From the NCBI GenBank assembly GCA_965207075.1, contig CBDBLO010000002.1:1376001-1440000 (forward strand): a stretch of DNA of 64,000 nucleotides, written 5' to 3'. Below the pieces are notes generated by a model, which searched no databases, was not told where the DNA came from, and saw only the letters and a program-made list of their open reading frames with translations. Positions 50,065 through 59,641 of this stretch are shown one piece after another (positions within the stretch are counted from its first letter, which is position 1; the number at the start of each line of letters is the position of its first letter). This DNA is from Nitrosopumilus sp. GTDB taxonomy: Archaea > Thermoproteota > Nitrososphaeria > Nitrososphaerales > Nitrosopumilaceae. The translations under genes were made by a program, and so were the position numbers.

Positions 50065-50517
50065 ATGACATCACGAATCCAGAGCAGTGTAGAGCGCTGG
50101 CTGATCCACGAGGGCCTGAGATTCAAGTACCAAAAACCGGATGATGATCATTCATTCAAGGTTGTGATAAGCGGCCCCCCGGACGTACGCGACATGGGCA
50201 CAGAGATATTTGAGCCTGCCAAGCAGCCGGGCGTAATAGTGGTCGGCAGGAGGTGCCCGTTTGGCACGAGACTGAACCAGCGGTTTTTGAACATGACTGC
50301 ATCTGAGCAGCAAAGGGTGCGGGAACGAATCGCAGAGTACTGCAACTACGTCGGGGCGGTGCACCGCTTTTTGATTGACAGCGGGCGCAACATAGTGGGC
50401 GTATACGTCGTAATCGACTCTGCAGACAGGCAGAATCAGTCGGACTTTTCAGAGTCACTGAGACAAATAACGAGGATATCAGACCAGGTAAAGGAGCACA
50501 TCAGGCGCGCCACGTAG
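50065..50517 (+). CDS. DUF2299-like protein
   Basis: MTSRIQSSVERWLIHEGL…EIFEP..QPG.IVVG. Confidence 0.6.
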   Translation: MTSRIQSSVERWLIHEGLRFKYQKPDDDHSFKVVISGPPDVRDMGTEIFEPAKQPGVIVVGRRCPFGTRLNQRFLNMTASEQQRVRERIAEYCNYVGAVHRFLIDSGRNIVGVYVVIDSADRQNQSDFSESLRQITRISDQVKEHIRRAT

Positions 50518-50720
50518 CCAAAAGCCGGGCTTGCCGCAACCCTCCTCTCCCCACGCCACCCCAATCACGGCCGCTCGTCACTTCCGCATGCATAAGCTTG
50601 AGACATCCACTGACAGACCCGAGCATACGTGCCAACAGAACGGACACCAAAGCAGGACGTGCCGACATCGCATAAGATCCGAAAGTTGGGGGTTAAATAC
50701 AAAGGCGGCAAGCAGCGCGC

Positions 50721-51122
50721 ATGGGAAAATTACTAATCGCGCTGATCGCAATTACGGTCATAGGCATCATAGTGGCCACGGCCAGCTCATACGTTGCACC
50801 TTCCCTGCTTGAGATGCCCCCTGACACGGACGGACCCGACACGGGGGACATGGACACACTTCCATCAGACGTCATGGAGTATCCTGCAGCAGTGGCATTC
50901 GTGGAGAAGCATAGAGACAGCTACGTCGAGACGGAGAGCCTTGAGTCCGGCGTAACCAAGATGATAATCGTATCCGGACATGACGGTTCACAGCTCACGA
51001 TAGAGCAGGGTGCGGACGGTACGGTGACAAACATGGAGTACATCTGCTTCTATCCTGACGGCCTGAGCATGGAAATCATAGAAGGACTGGACGTGGCAGA
51101 TCAAATACCTCCGCTGTGCTGA
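50721..51122 (+). CDS. Membrane-anchored hypothetical protein
   Basis: N-terminal TM, acidic linker, two Cys; TTAAATA box ~25 bp upstream. Confidence 0.7.
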   Translation: MGKLLIALIAITVIGIIVATASSYVAPSLLEMPPDTDGPDTGDMDTLPSDVMEYPAAVAFVEKHRDSYVETESLESGVTKMIIVSGHDGSQLTIEQGADGTVTNMEYICFYPDGLSMEIIEGLDVADQIPPLC

Positions 51123-51444
51123 CATATACGGGCCGACACGCCGTCAAGCCACAGTCATTTTTTCATTTTCTGCCCACCATAGCAGCATACATTGCAGTCC
51201 GGATGGTGTAGTTTTTGCCACCACCACCGCCGTCACGACGAATGACACGTACAAGGCACATACCAAACGCACCCTGAGAGCATCAGGAAGTAGGTCGGTT
51301 TATTGCATATGTCGCCAAGCGCCCCCACAAAATCGTGCGAAAGCCGCGGAAAAGGGAACGATGCCCGCAGCGTGGCAGCACGTACACGCATGTCGCGTCG
51401 CGGCACGTGGCGACTCCACAAAATACCTGCCGCGTCCATTATGA

Positions 51445-51472
51445 ATATTTCTAAACTCGAAATTAGAAATAT
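51445..51472. promoter_or_regulatory. 28-bp palindrome, copy 2
   Basis: ATATTTCTAAA-CTCGAA-ATTAGAAATAT. Confidence 0.65.
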
Positions 51473-52236
51473 CAAAAATTAAGGGCCGGTGACACGCCAG
51501 ACAATTTGGCAAAAGGCCAGCGTCAGGGCACAGGGCAAACGGCTTTGCAAATACCAAGGACCGAACCCCCCGCAATGTCTCTGGCATAACGCAGCCCTGA
51601 TTCCGTGACTATGACAAGACTCCCAGCATCGACATCCTGGTGTACCACGAACCACTACATGCCATACAACTTACTTCCGTCAACCCTACAAACTGGCATT
51701 CGGCAGGCGGCAGGGGGATGCAAAAGGCCAATTTTTGGCCACCGTCCTGCAGATCCAAAAAAACGCCGACATCGCTCCTCAAGCACCCATTTTGCAGTTT
51801 CACGCCTGAGAGCTAAACCCCCCTCCCGGCGCCATGCGTTCAGGCACAATCCCAAATATCTGGAAAACGCGATTTTGAGGGGGGGTTTAGCTTCCATGCC
51901 TGCATATGGGATCCAAGGGTCAAACCATCCCGGTAGCTGGGCCCGGCATGTGCCGGCATTCATTCCCGTGCCTGAGTGCTCAACCCCCCCTTTTGGGGGC
52001 GGCGCAGCCGGCTTTGAAGAAGATATTGCATGCAAAGGACTGGCGGGAGGAGGGACAGGCAGACGCCAAAACGGCAACTAGGAGAAGGGGGCTGGCAAAA
52101 AAAAGCAAGACCATCAACCTACATGCGTCGTGCAGGGGGGGTATATCGCACCAAGAACGATCCCCGTACCCTTTGTCCGCTTTCACCAAACACGCCAAAC
52201 TTAAGAATATAATACGACAAAGGCGGAGAGAGACGC

Positions 52237-52728
52237 ATGGTTGCAATAGTAGTAATAGTAATTGGCGCGATAGTAGCATCCATGATCATAGCAGGCTACA
52301 TGTACGTAGAGTACACGCCGGACCACCTAGAGGTCGCCGCGGGCGAGCCCGTGATGGTGGGGCCCGTCGAGTATACCGTGTCGTTTGAGAACACCCACAT
52401 GGGCGACAAGGAGGAGCAGCCAGAGCACGTATATGTTATGGTTGCGCTCACGGCGGAGAACAAGGGAGAGGACAGGACGCTCCTTTCGGGCGGCCAGTTT
52501 TACATCGAGGGAGAGGATAGCGTGAGGCACCAGGCCGTATACGGCAACTTTTCGCAAAGGGACCTGCTGGTGGAGTGGCTCGAGCCGGGCGACGTGGTGG
52601 AGAGAAGCACGCAGTTTGACGTGCCGTTTGATGAGGACTCCAGGTATGACATACTGATAAGACCGCAAAAGGAGCAGAACTTCAAGGACATAGGCTCCGT
52701 ATGCATTGCAAACTGCCACATTGAATGA
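52237..52728 (+). CDS. DUF4352-like membrane-anchored Ig-fold protein
   Basis: N-terminal TM; V..TAEN.G…QFY…LEPG…FDVP. Confidence 0.7.
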   Translation: MVAIVVIVIGAIVASMIIAGYMYVEYTPDHLEVAAGEPVMVGPVEYTVSFENTHMGDKEEQPEHVYVMVALTAENKGEDRTLLSGGQFYIEGEDSVRHQAVYGNFSQRDLLVEWLEPGDVVERSTQFDVPFDEDSRYDILIRPQKEQNFKDIGSVCIANCHIE

Positions 52729-52899
52729 CGGCTCCTCCGGGTGCGAGTCAAACGGCGGCGTGCGCATGCCTGCATGTGGGCGCATCCACAACCGATCGAG
52801 TTTGCCCCGTCCCGCCTGCTTCTCCCCCGCGCCTCCAAGCCACCACCGCAGGATCTGCTTGCATTTGGATCCGTTTCACACAGGCCTAAAAGGGCCAAT

Positions 52900-53790
52900 T
52901 TAGGACAGGTACTTTTTGTTGTCCCTCAGGTATTTTGAGACGAACCACTTTAGAAAGATCATGTGGTCACCGCGCGTCTGCGATCCCTCCAGTTTCTTGA
53001 TGTACGTGATCTTCTCCTTTGGGAGGATGTTCATCATGGGATACCCGCCCTTGTGGAGAATCAACAGCGCCAGCAGCCTTCCAATCCTTCCGTTTCCGTC
53101 AATAAACGGGTGTATCATCTCGAACCTGCTATGGAAGATCGCCGACGCTATGACGGGGTTTGATCTTTTGTTTTTGCGATACCACTTCAGCAGGATCTCC
53201 AATTCAGGGATTACGTCGGGCCACAACATGTATTCCGTCCTTCCCCCGTATGGGGCGACATCTACACGCCTGAAGCTCCCCGCATTGTTCGCGTCCGTCC
53301 CTGCAAACAACATGTCATGCCATCGCAGAATAAGCCGCTTTGTGATGTCCGATTTTGTCACAAGCAGTTCATCAAATATTTTCTCCATCTGTGTTGCCTC
53401 TATAATGTGCTCCAGTGCGGTGTCCTTTGGGGACAGGTTGTATTCCAACAAATTTCTTGTCTGGCCAAGTGTCATGGTGCTGCCCTCGATTCTCTGCGTG
53501 CTGTATATGTGGTTGATCTTGAACCAGTGGTTCTCGGATTGGATGATCTTTTTGTCAACGGCTGCAATGTATCCGGAATACCTGTCACGTATCACCTCAA
53601 GCAACGGGATGTTTTCCTTCAGGTACATCTCCTCTTCGAACTTTTTTTTGACAGAGTCGATCTCCGCAGGAACGCGCCTCCCAAGATACCGCTCGTACTG
53701 GTTTTTGCCCGAGTGGTACACAAGATAGTAATAGTGTCCGCTTCCCTTTTTTCTTCTGATTACCGATACCATGCAATTGTTTACCAACAT
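52900..53790 (-). CDS. Fic-domain protein
   Basis: HPFIDGNGRIGR; STQRIEG inhibitory-type motif; AT-richer than flanks. Confidence 0.93.
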   Translation of the reverse strand: MLVNNCMVSVIRRKKGSGHYYYLVYHSGKNQYERYLGRRVPAEIDSVKKKFEEEMYLKENIPLLEVIRDRYSGYIAAVDKKIIQSENHWFKINHIYSTQRIEGSTMTLGQTRNLLEYNLSPKDTALEHIIEATQMEKIFDELLVTKSDITKRLILRWHDMLFAGTDANNAGSFRRVDVAPYGGRTEYMLWPDVIPELEILLKWYRKNKRSNPVIASAIFHSRFEMIHPFIDGNGRIGRLLALLILHKGGYPMMNILPKEKITYIKKLEGSQTRGDHMIFLKWFVSKYLRDNKKYLS

Positions 53791-53965
53791 AACTATTTAA
53801 TTTTTATTAAAATAGTAAAAATTCGATGGGTAATGATAATGCATGGCGCCAAGCGCCGGTGCCGTCAGGGCGGAGGCATTTCAGCATCGGCAAGCGTGCG
53901 GCCGGATCCGGACAACGCCGGGCACCGGCCAAATCTTTCTAAATACGAGTTTTGAAACATGCGGA

Positions 53966-54397
53966 TCAGTCGCCGGGCTCCGTCCGTATCTCCGGCATGA
54001 CGTACACGCTGACGGGCCTTATCCTGAGCGTGGTGCGTTTCTCGCCAGGGCGGCGGAAGGGGTACCTGTCCCTCCCCGGCATATACTGTCGCGTCAGGAT
54101 GTCAGCGTACTTGTAGTCATAGTCAGGAATCATCTCCTCGACCACGCCCCGGACTGACACCATCTGCAGCGGATCGTCGGCCGACGTGACCGACACTGCC
54201 ACCCTGTTGTCGCGCAGGACGTTGCGGTGCTTGGTCCTGCCCTCCGCCGTGTTGACCATTATGAACCCGTCATCCCAGTTTGCCCAGACCGGCGTCACCT
54301 GCGGCGAGCCGTCCGGCATTACGGTCGCCACGTACGCCAGGTTCCGTCCCGAAAGCAGGCGCTTTAGGTGCCTCACCGAGTCCGCATCGACATTCAT
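53966..54397 (-). CDS. PPOX-class F420-dependent oxidoreductase
   Basis: ATVMPDGSPQVTPVW…NTAEGR.K.RN..RD.RVAVSV; ATG 54397. Confidence 0.88.
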   Translation of the reverse strand: MNVDADSVRHLKRLLSGRNLAYVATVMPDGSPQVTPVWANWDDGFIMVNTAEGRTKHRNVLRDNRVAVSVTSADDPLQMVSVRGVVEEMIPDYDYKYADILTRQYMPGRDRYPFRRPGEKRTTLRIRPVSVYVMPEIRTEPGD

Positions 54398-54556
54398 ACG
54401 AGCCATATGCACCAACACCACCGCGTTGCGCAGTCCGCAGTATATAATCTCCCCGGCCCCGTGACCAGTACGCCCTAGGGGCAACTCCCACAACAGACAA
54501 TCCAGTCCGCGCATTTCCCCCCGCCGCCTCACTGACGGCGATGCGCAGGACAGATG

Positions 54557-55204
54557 TCAGCCGTTGCCGGTCTTTTCCTTTTTGGCGTTCCCTCCGTCGT
54601 TACCGGACAGCGAACTTGCCGTTGTTTTCTCCCCACGTGAATCCGCCTTTCTGGACGAGGCCTGCCGCGCGGCCTTTCGGCCGCTCCCCTGCCGCTTGCG
54701 CCTCTTTCCCTTCTCAAGCACCTTGGTAATGGCGCGGTTCATTATCTCCACCACCAGGTACGCCGAATACTCGGCAGTAGGCCTGCCGCCGTTTCCGGAC
54801 GCGGCAATATCTGAGAGAACTCCGCCGAGAATCTCCTCCAGCCGTCTTGCCGTCCTGTCTATCACCGACGAGTACGCAGACTCAAAGTTCTCTGGCTCCT
54901 CGAGGTCCAGCAACCTCGTGGACGTCCCATAGTACTTCGTAATCCCGCCGCGCGACTCGACTACCCTCATCACCTCTACGAGGCCCGTCGTCCTGAGGAT
55001 GTCTATGTGGTGTCGCACAGTCGACAGCGCCTTTTCTGGTCCCGTCCTGTTCACCGCTGCTGTGATCTCTTCTGCCGACAGCGTCTGGCCGTACAGCATG
55101 GATAAGATCCTTGAGCGTATCGGGTCCCCTATGGCGCGTGCGTGCTGCATGGTGACTGACACGGTCCGGTTAGTCCGGATCTGCCTGTCCAGTAGCGTAG
55201 CCAT
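54557..55204 (-). CDS. ArsR-type wHTH transcriptional regulator
   Basis: AIGDPIRSRIL…TVRHHIDIL..GLV…KYY. Confidence 0.85.
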   Translation of the reverse strand: MATLLDRQIRTNRTVSVTMQHARAIGDPIRSRILSMLYGQTLSAEEITAAVNRTGPEKALSTVRHHIDILRTTGLVEVMRVVESRGGITKYYGTSTRLLDLEEPENFESAYSSVIDRTARRLEEILGGVLSDIAASGNGGRPTAEYSAYLVVEIMNRAITKVLEKGKRRKRQGSGRKAARQASSRKADSRGEKTTASSLSGNDGGNAKKEKTGNG

Positions 55205-55751
55205 GCGGTCCAGTCAACGGGTTCGTTAAAGAGAGCCCATGTCACAATTTGTTGTCCTGCCGGGCAAATATTTTGAACCAACCCCGTGCGTGGCACTGTT
55301 CTGATAATAATGGCAGCATATCGACTATTTCAGCAGTATGTCAATGCATGCAGGGACAATCGACCCATCTAGGATCGCTCTTGTGGGACTTAAGATGGTA
55401 TGATATTGGAATCAATCTGATGTACATGGTTTAAGGTTGAACATATCATGTTATTTCTATAATTATAGTAGTATAATGATTTTATTAGTATTCTTGTAAA
55501 TAAAGTATAGCAATATGAAAAATTTAGTAGTGGTTGGCGATCGGGGGCCAGGAGAGGGATCGGGGGCGGCAGGGGGCGGCAGGGGGCGGATCAAGCCGAT
55601 GGCAAGACGGCAAAACCGGACTGCCTGCAAATTCGAGTTGAAGGCGAGATCAGGGACGACAGGCGATGAGCGGCATCGGGGCGCAGTGCGATGCCGGACG
55701 CCGGCATCGGGGCGCAGGGAGCGTGACAACATTTACCGCGTATGATGCCGT

Positions 55752-56081
55752 CTAGGATATAGGCCGGACGGAGTTTCTGCGCTTTTCGATAAATGCAATT
55801 GCAAGGATAACGCACACAGGAGCGATTACCATCACGGCAAAGAACGGGATGTTATCTGAGATGAAGATTCCAACATTTGGTTCTTCCACTCCCTGGACGG
55901 TTCCCGTATATTCAATGTCATCACTCCCGCCGGGAACTGTCAGCCTGGTGTTTATCACAAGTTCTCTGATAAAAGTACAGTTGTTGGCAGGCTCAATACA
56001 GATCGTCCCGAGGGGCGTAATTCCCACATAAAATGCGACAAAGCACGCCACAACCGCGGACGTCTTGTATCGGTGCCTCAT
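55752..56081 (-). CDS. Small two-TM hypothetical protein
   Basis: Two hydrophobic helices flanking a Cys-containing loop; AT-richer codons. Confidence 0.55.
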   Translation of the reverse strand: MRHRYKTSAVVACFVAFYVGITPLGTICIEPANNCTFIRELVINTRLTVPGGSDDIEYTGTVQGVEEPNVGIFISDNIPFFAVMVIAPVCVILAIAFIEKRRNSVRPIS

Positions 56082-56151
56082 GGCTTGTCACAATTTTTTG
56101 CTTTGCGCGGTGCGGGCGTATCCCTTCCTGCAACGGCGTCAGACAGGGATC

Positions 56152-56997
56152 TCACACGGGCTCTCCCGCAATCTTGCCAAAAGAGTCCACGTACCGCCGA
56201 GTCATGGCCGACACCACGTCAGGCGGAATCTCGGGGGCCGTCGGCGCCCTGCCCGCACTGCGCTCCTCCTCAAACTTTTTCTTGTAGCCGCGCTCTGCGA
56301 GCCAGTCGCGGAGTATCTGCTTGTCGTATGACGTCTGGATGTCCCCCGGACTGTACGCATCCTTGGGCCACATGCGGTACTCGTCGGGCCCTATCGAGTC
56401 GCCCAAGGTTATCTGTTCGTCACCGTCCTCGCCCTTGAGGATGCCAAACTCCAGCTTCAGGTCGGCCAGGATGAATCCGGCAGAGTCGGCTACGCGCGAC
56501 ATGTCCTCGTATATGCGGATGGACCTCTCTTCAAGCCAGTCGTACTGCTGCTCGGAGACCAGCCCCATGCCTACTGCGGCCTCCCTGTCTACCGGCACGT
56601 CATGCTCGGACTTTGTGGTCGGATCAAACACGGGCCTTGAGAGCCTGGACGCCAGCTGCGTGCCGGAGCCCCCTGGAAGCGTCAGTGCCCCGTTCTTCCA
56701 TCTGTCATACATGCTTCCATACAGGTAGCCCCTCACCACACACTCGATTGGCAGCATCTTCATCCGTCGAACCACCATGTCAGTGTCCGAAACGCGCCGC
56801 ACGAAATGGTTAGGCACGTTCAGCCGGTCGAACCAGAATTCGGCGGATCTGCACAGTATCTCCCCCTTGCGCGGAATGTCCTGCGAGAATTTTACATCGT
56901 ATGCGGACACGCGGTCAGAGAACCGGAACAGAAGATGTCCCGGGTCGTCCTCCAGCTCGTAGATGTCCTTGACCTTGCCGCTTGCAATAAACTTCAT
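56152..56997 (-). CDS. purC: SAICAR synthetase
   Basis: [44 protein letters not shown]. Confidence 0.95.
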   Translation of the reverse strand: MKFIASGKVKDIYELEDDPGHLLFRFSDRVSAYDVKFSQDIPRKGEILCRSAEFWFDRLNVPNHFVRRVSDTDMVVRRMKMLPIECVVRGYLYGSMYDRWKNGALTLPGGSGTQLASRLSRPVFDPTTKSEHDVPVDREAAVGMGLVSEQQYDWLEERSIRIYEDMSRVADSAGFILADLKLEFGILKGEDGDEQITLGDSIGPDEYRMWPKDAYSPGDIQTSYDKQILRDWLAERGYKKKFEEERSAGRAPTAPEIPPDVVSAMTRRYVDSFGKIAGEPV

Positions 56998-57171
56998 GCC
57001 GGTGGTGCCGCATGCGGGGGATTTAACTGTAAGAGCGCGGGATCAACTGGATCGGATCGCGGCAAAAAAACCAAGCGCGTATTTTGTCACTTGTTGCCGG
57101 CGTGCATCTGCGCGTGATATGGCGCGGGCCGTTTGCCAGGGGCAAGGGCGCCAGGCCGGCGCCGTACGCGC

Positions 57172-58413
57172 CTATGCATAGTCCCCGAGTGTGCGCTGTC
57201 TTGCAAGCCTTGTGGTATCTACGTGCCCGAGCCAGTCGGATGCGGCAATGCCCGTGGCGGACGCGGCAAGTCGCACGCCATCGGCCATGCTGTCTGCCAC
57301 CGCAACGGGGTTCTTCATCGCGGCCCTGACGCCCTCGCGCACCTGCCATACGCCCACGGGCACAGAATACTCGGGACGAATCTCCCGCAGCACCAGCGCG
57401 CCGGCCTGCACGTGTCTTTCTGCCAAATACTCCAGAACCCCGAGCCGGGCCGCGTAGTACGCCCCCGCCGTGTTCTGAGGCGCGCGCTGCAGGTGCGAGG
57501 TCTCCCAGTCGGAGGCAAATGATGTCAGTCCCGCGGCCTTTGGAGCGCTGCAGCTGCCGCCGTCGGGGGCCGGCTCATGCCACGCCTCCACCAGCTCAAA
57601 GAGCCACCTGTTCTCAAACAGCACCACCGCAAACGCGTTTCCAAGGTGCTCGTGGCAAAAGACCCTGCACGAATCTATCACGTCGCACTCGCTCACGTGC
57701 CCAAGCAGCCGGGAGGATATCGCAGAGTCGGCCGCAGTAATGCTCCATTTTGTAGGAACCAGCCTGCGCCTTGAGCCGAGCATTCCGATGCTGAGGCATC
57801 TCTGTATGTCGGACATGGCGACGCCCGACTCGTACAGCGAGAACATTGCATCCGATGCGCTCGCATCCGTGTCATAGTACAGTTTCTCGATCTGCCTCGA
57901 GGGGCGCGGCATGTCTGAGAACTCTGCAGAACGCACCAGCCCGATCGGCCCAAAGGGGGTCCCCGTGTCATCACCGTAGCTGCTTCGGGCGGCCCTGATC
58001 TGCACGGGCCTCTCAAAGGAGATGTCCGATCCGAGCGGGGCCGAGGACATGGCGACCTCCTGCAGCTGCTCCACGTACCGGCTGCCCCCTCCGGAGCCGG
58101 TCAGATCGGCGCGCACCTGCCTCACCCCGCGGATCATTCCGAGCCTCAGGCCCACGATGTCGCCAAGCGAGAGTTCCCGCCATCTTTCGGGACTGTCAAA
58201 TATCGCGGTATCACCGTGTACGGGCGGCACCATGGGGCCCACGTACACTTTGGGATACCCGTATGAGCCCACGAACACCGAGGGCGGCGTCGAGCCGCTG
58301 ACTGACATGCCGCGCCCAGTGCGCGCGCCACCGCCGGCTCCGGTATCGGCGCCCCGGGCAAGCGTCCTGTGCCACCGTCTGGCAATCTCGTCCTTGATCT
58401 CGCGGGCGTCCAC
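57172..58413 (-). CDS. nreA: Nre-family DNA repair protein with C-terminal PIP motif
   Basis: GSTPPSVFVG..GYPKV, RRLVPTKWSITA.D, YYAARL, VPVGVWQVRE; ends QRTLGDY. GTG start inferred. Confidence 0.9.
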   Translation of the reverse strand: MDAREIKDEIARRWHRTLARGADTGAGGGARTGRGMSVSGSTPPSVFVGSYGYPKVYVGPMVPPVHGDTAIFDSPERWRELSLGDIVGLRLGMIRGVRQVRADLTGSGGGSRYVEQLQEVAMSSAPLGSDISFERPVQIRAARSSYGDDTGTPFGPIGLVRSAEFSDMPRPSRQIEKLYYDTDASASDAMFSLYESGVAMSDIQRCLSIGMLGSRRRLVPTKWSITAADSAISSRLLGHVSECDVIDSCRVFCHEHLGNAFAVVLFENRWLFELVEAWHEPAPDGGSCSAPKAAGLTSFASDWETSHLQRAPQNTAGAYYAARLGVLEYLAERHVQAGALVLREIRPEYSVPVGVWQVREGVRAAMKNPVAVADSMADGVRLAASATGIAASDWLGHVDTTRLARQRTLGDYA

Positions 58414-58576
58414 GCGTATGAGGAGAGATGCTTGCGTAATAAAGTCGAGCGGTGTCCTCTCCCCTCCCCCCCCCCCCCCGTTCAAGCATCTGCAGTGTAG
58501 GACGGGCTCACTGCAATGTACGCACAGATTGCGGATGTGCGCCCGCCGCCACTTCACCGGCCGCACATATACGCAG

Positions 58577-59641
58577 TTACGAGCGCTCCGCAAGCCACGC
58601 GCCCAGTTCGGGCAGCACCCTCTTCTGGGACAGGGAGCTTGCAATCATGCCCACGTGACCGGTGGGGTATATGCGCAGTGTCTTGTCACGGCTCCCCACG
58701 GCATAGTACAGGGGCATGCTGCATTCCGGCGAGACCAGGTGGTCTCCTACTGCAATCTGGATGAACACGGGCATGGTGATCTCCTTGAGGTCGACGTGCA
58801 CGTCACCCACGTGCATCTTGTTGCGGGCCAGAAGGTTCCGCTGGTAGATGTCGCGTATCCACTGCCTGAACAGCTCTCCCGGTATGGGGGGCGTGTCGCC
58901 CAACCATTTCTCGACGCGCAGAAAGTTGTCCACGAACCGCTTGTCGTGTATGTTTCTAAAGAAATTGACGTATTTTTCGACGCCCTGCTCAAACGGCTTG
59001 AGCACGGAAAAGCAATAGTACATGAACTCTGGGGGCATGTTGCCTATCGTCTCGACCATCTTGTCCACATCCATGTGCTTTGCAAGGTTGCTGATTACGG
59101 TGGTGTCCTTCCACCCGTCCACGACGGGCGCGGTGGCCACATAGTTTCTGACGCTCTCCGGGTGGAGTGCGGCGTACATGGCAGAGATGGTGCCGCCCGT
59201 GCAGTATCCCTGCAGGGACACGGACTCTACGGAGGACTCGTCCTTGATGTATTCCACGTAGGAGTCCATGTATCCGTTCACGTAGTCGTCAAAGTCCAGG
59301 TACTTGTCCATGCTGGTGGGCGTCCCCCAGTCAAGCATGTACACGTCAAAGCCCTGGCGCAGCAGGTTGCGCACCCAGCTCTTTTCGGGATGAATGTCAA
59401 GGATGTGGAACCTGTTGATTACCGCGTACGATATCAGCAGGGGCGTCGCATGCCGCCTTTCGGTCAGCGGCCTATAGTGCAGGAGGCGTGTCTTGTCTAT
59501 GCTAGAGGCCACGTCATGCCGGGTCACGTCAAGTATGATCTGATCCGGCGAGGAGACCATCTGGGGCGCGTTTACGACGTTGCGTCCAAATTTCAGAATC
59601 TCCTCGATCAGTTTTGGATCGATGTTCGAGCTGATCGTCAC
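58577..59641 (-). CDS. phaC: Class III polyhydroxyalkanoate synthase subunit C
   Basis: PLLISYA.INR..ILD, LDWG, GYCTGG lipase box, DHLV, GHVG. Confidence 0.93.
   Translation of the reverse strand: MTISSNIDPKLIEEILKFGRNVVNAPQMVSSPDQIILDVTRHDVASSIDKTRLLHYRPLTERRHATPLLISYAVINRFHILDIHPEKSWVRNLLRQGFDVYMLDWGTPTSMDKYLDFDDYVNGYMDSYVEYIKDESSVESVSLQGYCTGGTISAMYAALHPESVRNYVATAPVVDGWKDTTVISNLAKHMDVDKMVETIGNMPPEFMYYCFSVLKPFEQGVEKYVNFFRNIHDKRFVDNFLRVEKWLGDTPPIPGELFRQWIRDIYQRNLLARNKMHVGDVHVDLKEITMPVFIQIAVGDHLVSPECSMPLYYAVGSRDKTLRIYPTGHVGMIASSLSQKRVLPELGAWLAERS

Noticed and set aside
50721-52728. Other proteins with C-terminal Cys (…IPPLC*, …VCIANCHIE*) as members of the CR-tail class
   Set aside because: They have N-terminal TM anchors and paired Cys, which is better explained by intramolecular disulfides.
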